Shown here in pieces: positions 58,101-64,000 of a stretch of 64,000 nucleotides of DNA. A model generated the notes under the pieces. It saw nothing but the letters and a program-made list of their open reading frames with translations. It had not been told where the DNA came from and searched no databases. The translations under genes and the position numbers were made by a program. Origin of the DNA: Candidatus Altiarchaeota archaeon (lineage in GTDB: Archaea; Altiarchaeota; Altiarchaeia; IMC4; SCGC-AAA252-I15); assembly GCA_043800255.1 (NCBI GenBank), contig JAZDNF010000006.1, positions 54,730 through 118,729 on the forward strand, given 5' to 3'. Positions within the stretch are counted from its first letter, which is position 1; every line of letters starts with the position of its first letter.

Positions 58101-59379
58101 AGCCTTCCACAAAGCATGCCCTGCACTCAAGTCCGCTGGCGCAGTCCCCCGAGGCGTAACACTCTTCTCCTGCTTTTCTGCGTTCTTCGCAGCGCAGTAT
58201 GTTGCAGAAGAGACCGCTCGCGCAGGTGGGGACAAGCGGGTTCGTCTTATCGCACAATTCCCCTTCATGGGAAGGGTCGTGGCGGCATTCCCCATAGAAG
58301 TCGCAAACGAGTCCTGACTTGCATGTGCCCTGCCCGATGCCGATGCAGCTGTCACCAGCACTTCCGCGCTCTTGACAGTAGAAATCCTTGCACACCAGAC
58401 CGGACTGGCATTCGTAGTCGGCAATCCCACAGTATCCTCCTACTCCCTTCTTCTTCTGGCATGTGAACAACTCGCAGTACAGCCCCGAGTTGCAGTCGGA
58501 ATTTGTACCGCAGCTGCTGCCCTCAACACCAGGAACCTGGCACGTGAAAGCCAAACACTTCAGACCGGACTTGCAGACCCAGTCTGCGGAACAAACCCCC
58601 CCTTCATCCTTTTTGTTTTTGCATGTGAACAGGTCACAATAGAGTCCAGAATTACAATCGTCATTTGTCCCGCAGCTGCTGCCCTCAACACCCGGGACCC
58701 GGCATGTGAAAGCCTGGCATAAACCGGACTTGCAAACCCAATTAGCAGAGCAGCTTTCTCCGGTGCCTTTCTTGGTTACACATGAGAAGAGGTCACAGTA
58801 TTGATCTGAATCGCAGTTATCATTGGTAACGCAACCCCCCGATGTTGGTACACATGTTCCCCAACTACATATCAAGTTTGATTGGCAGTTTCCCTGACCG
58901 ATTCCAGTGCATGATTGTCCTTTGCTTTTTCGTGCCTTGCATGTGCTGTCGCAATAAAGATTGCTATTACACTCAGAATCGAAGGTGCAGGGATCATTTG
59001 CACTCCCGTCGTAGCACTCTCCTGCTACAGTATTCAACGGAGTTGAGTCATAACAATAAAGTCCTGAATCACAGTCACCGCCACCCAATATGCAATAACT
59101 GCCTTCTGACCCGGTCCGGCATTTTGCCGATGTAGTTGTTGTCCAATCATAGTCAACGCAGTAGAGTCCTGAATCACAATCCCCATCCGTGAAACACTTC
59201 GCTCCTGAACTGCCGCTGACGCACTCTGACCAGCAGACTCCGGCAATGCAGTACACAGAGTTTAACCCATAACATTTCACGCCGCTACCGCAGCCGCATT
59301 CCGCGCTCACTTCCCCAGACAGTATTGTAAGGAGGGATAGGCTTATTAGCAGGGCTCCTATTCGCAGAATTTTTTTCAT
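55144..59379 (-). CDS. Large secreted protein: Cys-rich repeats, Gly-rich beta domain, HYR/Ig repeats, C-terminal PxKF domain
   Basis: Signal MKKILRIGALL...SA; many CxSGLxC units; DTTPP/PLGDTTVTFTA HYR repeats; IPVKFQL. Confidence 0.8.
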   Translation of the reverse strand: MKKILRIGALLISLSLLTILSGEVSAECGCGSGVKCYGLNSVYCIAGVCWSECVSGSSGAKCFTDGDCDSGLYCVDYDWTTTTSAKCRTGSEGSYCILGGGDCDSGLYCYDSTPLNTVAGECYDGSANDPCTFDSECNSNLYCDSTCKARKSKGQSCTGIGQGNCQSNLICSWGTCVPTSGGCVTNDNCDSDQYCDLFSCVTKKGTGESCSANWVCKSGLCQAFTCRVPGVEGSSCGTNDDCNSGLYCDLFTCKNKKDEGGVCSADWVCKSGLKCLAFTCQVPGVEGSSCGTNSDCNSGLYCELFTCQKKKGVGGYCGIADYECQSGLVCKDFYCQERGSAGDSCIGIGQGTCKSGLVCDFYGECRHDPSHEGELCDKTNPLVPTCASGLFCNILRCEERRKAGEECYASGDCASGLECRACFVEGCDYPSQCFPEPSHDSIDEDSCLAMYSSKTHKSAKDGAVTMNFGGGSAATVGVGATDEVGTVYGQDGRYGCYLSYCTGGEASIGISDFATVGFYNSYDDFEDASVNFVQSAGVGDFVSISTAQAFNQDGELMGTQDSFGFGIGLAPPLSVGYYTCNTILRTVIDSPVTEENEPPVAVCSNMAKCVSSATCTVAVSVNGGSYDPDADPITVTQDPAGPFGVGSRTVSLEVSDDSGASDSCSAVVTVRDCNSPSITCPTAATAECAQNLQAMVDPGDATVWDACSSYTVTNPGASSYPLGITPVLYTATDGYGNNATCSVSVTVTDTVAPEVVCPGDVTAECASYAGAAVPLASSAADVCDPTPVLSDTALDVYPMGETTVTFTAKDDAGNTASCNVRVTVTDTGVPEVVCPGDVTAECASYVGVDVPLTATAADVCDSTPVLTDTELDVYPLGDTTVTFTAEDDENNSAGCSMLVTVEDTTPPKIECPEDVTVEAESSSGAVVPLSATAADACDSDLVLTDTKLDVYPLGDTTVTFTAEDDNENTASCTATVTVVDTTPPVIEAHDDIVAEATSPAGAVVTYDSTATNDIVDGAGVATCAPTSGSVFALGETIVTCTAEDAAGNSATPVTFTVKVQDTLPPVIGGGPMSNPNGAGWYNSDVTVHFDCVDSGSGVYTVTGDQILTVEGANRSVLGNCVDLAGNSASATVSGISIDKTAPVIGGAPSSDPNGAGWYNTDVTVHYVCADALSGVGALSEDQTLSAEAAGQSTSGTCVDLAGNSASATVSGISIDKTAPVITLTSPADGGEYALSQNVLAGWSVSDLLSGVVAQSGTTENGIPIDTAVVGIKVYTVSATDAAGNTVTETVTYSVAYDFGGILPPVAKRLFGLLKADFKLGSKIPVKFQLKDAYGAYVPTAVAGLEVSSNGGPWEDATPAGKAASGNIFRYDPVDQQYIFNLETKGLAAGELDIRVTLDDGKSYTVTVRLKK

Positions 59380-59582
59380 ATTGTTTTTTGTTCGAAAATC
59401 AACCAACTCCCTCGAACATCGTTCAGATGGGTTATAGTATAGGCAGTAAGCGAATAAAAGAGGAAGATGAGGTTCCCAAAAAAAAAGGAACCCCGTGCAT
59501 TATTTACTGCTTGTGCTTGCGCTTATGTTATTGGATAATTTATGCATATTATTCCTAATAGACACTATAATTATGTGGTCTT

Positions 59583-60182
59583 TTGATGAGAGATAAGAGT
59601 GTATTTATCCATCCATCGGCAGAAGTGTCAGAGGACGCCCAGATAGGGGAGGGTACGAAGATCTGGCATCAGGCGCAGGTCAGGGAGGGCGCGAAGATCG
59701 GCAGGAATTGTAATATCGGCAAGTGCGTTTACATAGACTTTGACGTCTCTGTCGGCGATAATGTGAAAATTCAGAATTTTGTTTCCGTCTATCATGGTGT
59801 TACGCTGGAGGATGACGTGTTTGTCGGCCCTTCTGCGACATTCACGAACGACTTGTATCCGAGGGCTCCCGTCTGGAACAACGAGAGAATAATCAGGACC
59901 TACGTGAAGAGGGGCGCGTCTATCGGCGCTAATTCCACAGTCCTTGGCGTAGTAGTCGGCGAGAATGCTATGATCGGCGCCGGGGCTGTTGTGACAAAGG
60001 ATGTGCCAGACTATGCGCTAGTCTACGGCAATCCTGCGAGGATTAGGGGTTTCGTGTGCGACTGCGGCGTTAAGCTGAAACATACTGGCAGCGAGGAGGG
60101 TGAGGCGCTCATGGTCTGCCCGAAGTGCGGCATTACGAAGACGATACCGTCAAAAACATACAGTTTGTTAGAGGAAAAATGA
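59583..60182 (+). CDS. Hexapeptide-repeat N-acetyltransferase (WbpD-like) with C-terminal Zn ribbon
   Basis: [30 protein letters not shown]. Confidence 0.9.
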   Translation: MMRDKSVFIHPSAEVSEDAQIGEGTKIWHQAQVREGAKIGRNCNIGKCVYIDFDVSVGDNVKIQNFVSVYHGVTLEDDVFVGPSATFTNDLYPRAPVWNNERIIRTYVKRGASIGANSTVLGVVVGENAMIGAGAVVTKDVPDYALVYGNPARIRGFVCDCGVKLKHTGSEEGEALMVCPKCGITKTIPSKTYSLLEEK

Positions 60183-61261
60183 TATCGATGGTTAAGCCCC
60201 TGATAGGGGATGAGGAGAAGAAGGCTGTGATGGAAGTCATGGATTCGGGGGTCATAGCCCAGGGCCCGAAGGTGAAGGAGTTCGAGGACAGGTTCGCAGA
60301 GTATGTTGGCACAAAGTACGCTATTGCGACTACCTCTGGAACCACCGCGCTGCACATTGCATTACTTGCAGCCGGGATCAAGCCGGGCGACGAGGTTATT
60401 ACCACGCCTTTCACGTTCATAGCATCGTCGAATTCCGTCCTATTTTGCGGGGCGAAGCCGGTGTTCGCTGACGTCGGCGAGGACTATAACATTGATCCGG
60501 GGTTGATTGCTGAGAAGATCACGAAAAAGACGAAGGCTCTGCTGCCTGTGCATTTGTACGGTCAGCCGGCTGACATGAAGCCGATAATGGAGTTGGCAGA
60601 GGACCGTGACCTGGTCGTCGTCGAGGACGCCTGTCAGGCGCATGGGGCGGAGTATGACGGCAAAAGGGTCGGCTCGTTCTCGAACGGCTGCTTCAGCTTT
60701 TATCCTACGAAGAACATGACCTCAGGCGAGGGTGGGATGATAACCACAGACGATAAGGGCGTGTATGAGCAGTGCCTACTCCTCAGAGCCCATGGCATGA
60801 AGGTGAGGTACCATCATGATATCTTGGGTTACAATTTCAGGCTGACGGACATCGGCGCGGCCATAGGCTTGGAGCAGCTTAAGAAGCTTGAAGGCTTCAA
60901 CAGGGTTAGGATACGCAACGCCCGCCTTCTGTCAAAGGGGCTGTCCAAAATCGGGGGAATCATAACCCCGAAAGAATACGACAACAGAAGGCACGTATTC
61001 CACCAGTATACCATCCGCTTGTCCGATTTCCCGCTGACCAGGGACGAGGTTATGAAGGCTCTCAGCGATAACGAGATTGGTTCGATGATATACTATCCGA
61101 TACCATCCCACAAGCAGAAGTTGTATGTGGAGCTGGGATACAAAGACAAACTCCCGGTCTGCGAAAAGTATTGTGAGGAAGTCCTAAGCCTCCCAGTGCA
61201 CCCAGCGGTAACGGAAGAGGATGTCAGACAGATAACAACAACATTCAAGAATATGGTCTGA
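60179..61261 (+). CDS. DegT/DnrJ/EryC1/StrS aminotransferase (WbpE-like)
   Basis: [36 protein letters not shown]; ATG at 60179. Confidence 0.93.
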   Translation: MISMVKPLIGDEEKKAVMEVMDSGVIAQGPKVKEFEDRFAEYVGTKYAIATTSGTTALHIALLAAGIKPGDEVITTPFTFIASSNSVLFCGAKPVFADVGEDYNIDPGLIAEKITKKTKALLPVHLYGQPADMKPIMELAEDRDLVVVEDACQAHGAEYDGKRVGSFSNGCFSFYPTKNMTSGEGGMITTDDKGVYEQCLLLRAHGMKVRYHHDILGYNFRLTDIGAAIGLEQLKKLEGFNRVRIRNARLLSKGLSKIGGIITPKEYDNRRHVFHQYTIRLSDFPLTRDEVMKALSDNEIGSMIYYPIPSHKQKLYVELGYKDKLPVCEKYCEEVLSLPVHPAVTEEDVRQITTTFKNMV

Positions 61262-61265
61262 GAGA

Positions 61266-62639
61266 CTATTTCCGGTATATCAGCCCTCTCCCAACTCCCC
61301 GGTATGTGAAGCCGGCTTTTGCGGCAGCCTCAGGGTCGAAGACGTTTCTGCCGTCTACTATAATCTTGGTCCTTAGGAGTTTCTTCAGTCCGTCCAATCC
61401 CAAAATAGAGTATTCCTTGTGGCTTGTTACTATGACTGCAGCGTCCTTACCGTCCAAAGCAGCTTTTAGGTCTGATGTCAGGGGGATTCCCTCCTCGTCG
61501 GTCACGTAGGGGTCGTGGACTGCAACCTCCCTGCACTTGCCCTTCAGGATGTTATAGAGCGGCTTGCATGGCGTGTTCCTGGTGTCATCGCTCTCTTCCA
61601 GGAAGGCGTAACCTAGGATGCAAACTCGCGCATCCTTCATCTTGATGCCCTTTTCCTTAAGCGCTTCATCCAGCAGCTCTTCCATGTGCTGGGGCATATG
61701 ATCGTTCAGGTTCCTGGAGTCTACCAGTATTTTAGGTTCGAATTTGAATCTTCCGTATTTGTCCAGCCCGTATTTCAGCAGCCATGTGTCCTTTGGCAGG
61801 CAGTGTCCTCCGACTCCCGCCCCGGGAAAGTGCATGTTCCTCACAGGGTTCGCTGAGGGATTGGAGGGGTCGTTTGGGAGGCTGTTTACGAATTCTCTGA
61901 CATCGTATGCGTCCACCCCCAGTGATTCGCAGATTATCGCAACCTCGTTGGAGAATGCTATGTTCACGTCCCTGTAGGCGTTTTCGACTGTTTTCGCAAC
62001 CTCTGCAGTAAGCGGGTCTGTCGGGTAAAGTGGGGCTTTCACGATGTGCTTGTACAGCCATATTCCCTTCTCAGTGCATTTGGGAGTCAGTCCGCCGACT
62101 ATTCTGGCGTAGTTTGTGATATTATGCAATAGGCGGCCTACCATAACCCTCTCGTATGAGAATGCCAGGTGGAAGTCCGTCCCAGCTTTCATGCCGGAAT
62201 TCTCCTCGAGTATGGGTTTGATTATGTAATTTGTGGTTCCCGGCGCACAGGTGGATTCTATGATGACGGTCACGCCCTTCTTCATCAGCTTTCCTACCGT
62301 GGCCGCTACCTCCTTCAGGGACACGTATTGCGGCACATGCTTCTCGTCTGTGGGAGTTTGTACGTCTACTAGTATGTAATCTGCATCCTTTACCGCGTCA
62401 TATGAGTCGGTCGCCTTGAAGCTCTTCTTTTCCAGCACAACCCTGTGTATGAGCTCCTCTAAACCAGGTTCGTTGCCTTTTATCGGGTTTTTTCCCTCGT
62501 TGAGGTAGTCTATCTTCCAGCCTGACCTCTTAGAACGCCTTTGGACGCCAGTAACCTGGAATCCCTTAACATCAGCCAGCAAGGCTGCAGCAGGTATCCC
62601 GACATAGCCCATCCCGAAAACGACAATCTTTGTGACCAT
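61266..62639 (-). CDS. UDP-N-acetylhexosamine 6-dehydrogenase (WbpA/WecC family)
   Basis: GMGYVG, IIEST..PGTT, KTVENAYRDVNIAF, GVGGHCLPKD, DGRN. Confidence 0.93.
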   Translation of the reverse strand: MVTKIVVFGMGYVGIPAAALLADVKGFQVTGVQRRSKRSGWKIDYLNEGKNPIKGNEPGLEELIHRVVLEKKSFKATDSYDAVKDADYILVDVQTPTDEKHVPQYVSLKEVAATVGKLMKKGVTVIIESTCAPGTTNYIIKPILEENSGMKAGTDFHLAFSYERVMVGRLLHNITNYARIVGGLTPKCTEKGIWLYKHIVKAPLYPTDPLTAEVAKTVENAYRDVNIAFSNEVAIICESLGVDAYDVREFVNSLPNDPSNPSANPVRNMHFPGAGVGGHCLPKDTWLLKYGLDKYGRFKFEPKILVDSRNLNDHMPQHMEELLDEALKEKGIKMKDARVCILGYAFLEESDDTRNTPCKPLYNILKGKCREVAVHDPYVTDEEGIPLTSDLKAALDGKDAAVIVTSHKEYSILGLDGLKKLLRTKIIVDGRNVFDPEAAAKAGFTYRGVGRGLIYRK

Positions 62640-62723
62640 GTTATCAATAAGGTTAGTTTAATCTTAGGGGATTAATAATAAAAAATGTTGAGGAAAACAG
62701 ATCTGTTCACCTTTCGCATGACC

Positions 62724-63443
62724 TTACTTTGTGCCAACTTTTAAGTACAGTATAGTAGGCACTGTCAGCAGAATCATCAACGGCACAAGCACTGAAAAGA
62801 ACTCTGGGACTGGGAAGTCAAATGAGTAATGATCTATCTCTATTACATCGTTTCCGCATGTCACTGTGCTGTGCAGGTCTCCGATGTCTCCCTGGACTGG
62901 CGAGCCGATTAGATTTTTCGGGACCTTTATCTCTATTATGTAGTTGGAGACTCCGTTGTCTGATGAGCCTGCGTTAGCGTATACTGTCTCGGCTGAACCT
63001 TTGACTACGGATTCTGATCCTGTGCAACTCATAGTCGACGGCGCGCTTGCGGGGAAGCCGTCACCGGAATTCGGAAGACTCCAGTCCGGGAGATAGCATA
63101 TCTGTCCCTTGCTTGAACCGTGTGTTTTTATACCATATTCGTAGCCGTATTCGCCGGTGCCTGAGTTCCTGTCGAGGTCCAGTGCCAAGTCGCCTGTGTC
63201 GGCGTGTCTGCCCCATGCATCAGTGTACCCCAACTCTGGCATTGAGGTCACAATCGCGAAATACACATAGCCTGTGGCATCGTCAAAGTATATCGCCTCG
63301 ATGTCATAGTGCTCTCCTCCAGCTGGGCCGTCATATTTTCTACCGCGTGAGTCGACTAGAGCTGGCTCGTCATAGTCGGACGAGCTTGCGCCCTGGCCCT
63401 GGATGTGTGTGCCCTTAGCCTGATAGCCTGTCCAGCAGCGCCG
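62724..63443 (-). pseudogene. 5'-truncated PEF-CTERM (archaeosortase-type) surface protein
   Basis: C-terminal VPEF plus TM and Lys; frame open to 63443 with no start codon upstream of GTG 63266 and no signal peptide; overlaps the dys 3' end. Confidence 0.6.
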
Positions 63444-64000
63444 TTACCATGAGGGGGAGGTTTATTGTGGCGTCTCCTTCTACTGTGACGTGCTTTGATT
63501 TTTCCTTTGCCTTGCCCCAGCTCACCATCTCTCTGACTCTTGCCCCGCTCAGTGAGCCGTCCCATTCTGGGGCGCTCGTCAGATAGACGATTCTGTCGAG
63601 GCCGCCCTTGTACTGGTTCCACCAGATGGTATGGTGCTTGCTTATGCCGCCGCCTATCATCAGCGCCCCGGTTTTCTTGCTGGTGAGCACTTTCTCCTCC
63701 ATCAGCTTCTCATCTTCTATGAGGTTGACTTTCAGCTTCTTTTTCCTCTCAGCTTGGTAGATTATGCTCCCGACCGCGCCGTCATAGTAGCCTGGCACTA
63801 TCACGGGAATTTTATTCTTATTAGCCCAGTAGAGTATGCTCTCCTTCTTGGCTTTTTCTCCCAGACGCCATATGAGCTCATAGCCTGCGATTTCCTCCCC
63901 TATCTTTTCGATTACCGGCTTGATCTTCTTTTCCAGTATGATGCCATAACTTTTGTTCGGTATAAGAATGTTCCCCAGCCGGTTGATTCCCTTCTTGTGC
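63415..64000 (-). CDS. dys: Deoxyhypusine synthase (3' part; start lies outside the window)
   Basis: GGGISKHH, WDGSLSGA, EMVSWGK (catalytic Lys), GDATINLP. Confidence 0.95.
   Translation of the reverse strand, partial: HKKGINRLGNILIPNKSYGIILEKKIKPVIEKIGEEIAGYELIWRLGEKAKKESILYWANKNKIPVIVPGYYDGAVGSIIYQAERKKKLKVNLIEDEKLMEEKVLTSKKTGALMIGGGISKHHTIWWNQYKGGLDRIVYLTSAPEWDGSLSGARVREMVSWGKAKEKSKHVTVEGDATINLPLMVTALLDRLSG

Noticed and set aside
55700-58800. CRISPR array or DGR-like repeats
   Set aside because: The repeats are in-frame protein domain repeats with no spacer pattern, and no reverse transcriptase is present.

Overview
An archaeal chromosomal window: it carries TBP, a full A/V-type ATP synthase, deoxyhypusine synthase, archaeal-type ProRS, a Hef-type helicase and TATA-box promoters. 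A DPANN/Altiarchaeota-like origin is my inference only. Housekeeping genes (glmS, dapA, two-subunit fumarate hydratase, pyk, proS, atp genes, ABC exporter, diacetamido-sugar genes) are interspersed with accessory or degenerate genes. No CRISPR array, tRNA, rRNA, integrase or transposase was seen. Main observations: (1) a 1458-aa lipoprotein thioester protein (alpha-2-macroglobulin/complement family) with GCGEQ and a C3-type catalytic His motif, on a visibly AT-richer island; (2) at that island's edge, a candidate ~84-nt structured ncRNA with its own TATA box, convergent on an internally deleted RNase H/DUF3800-like gene; (3) a synonymously diverged 30-bp copy of the glmS 3' end bracketing an inserted response-regulator gene; (4) a possible stand-alone FtsZ C-terminal-domain protein; (5) a pseudo-PGK and other paralogues with charged N-terminal leaders; (6) a rearranged ATP synthase locus with an Ala-rich c subunit. 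All calls come from motif reading by eye; no database searches were run.
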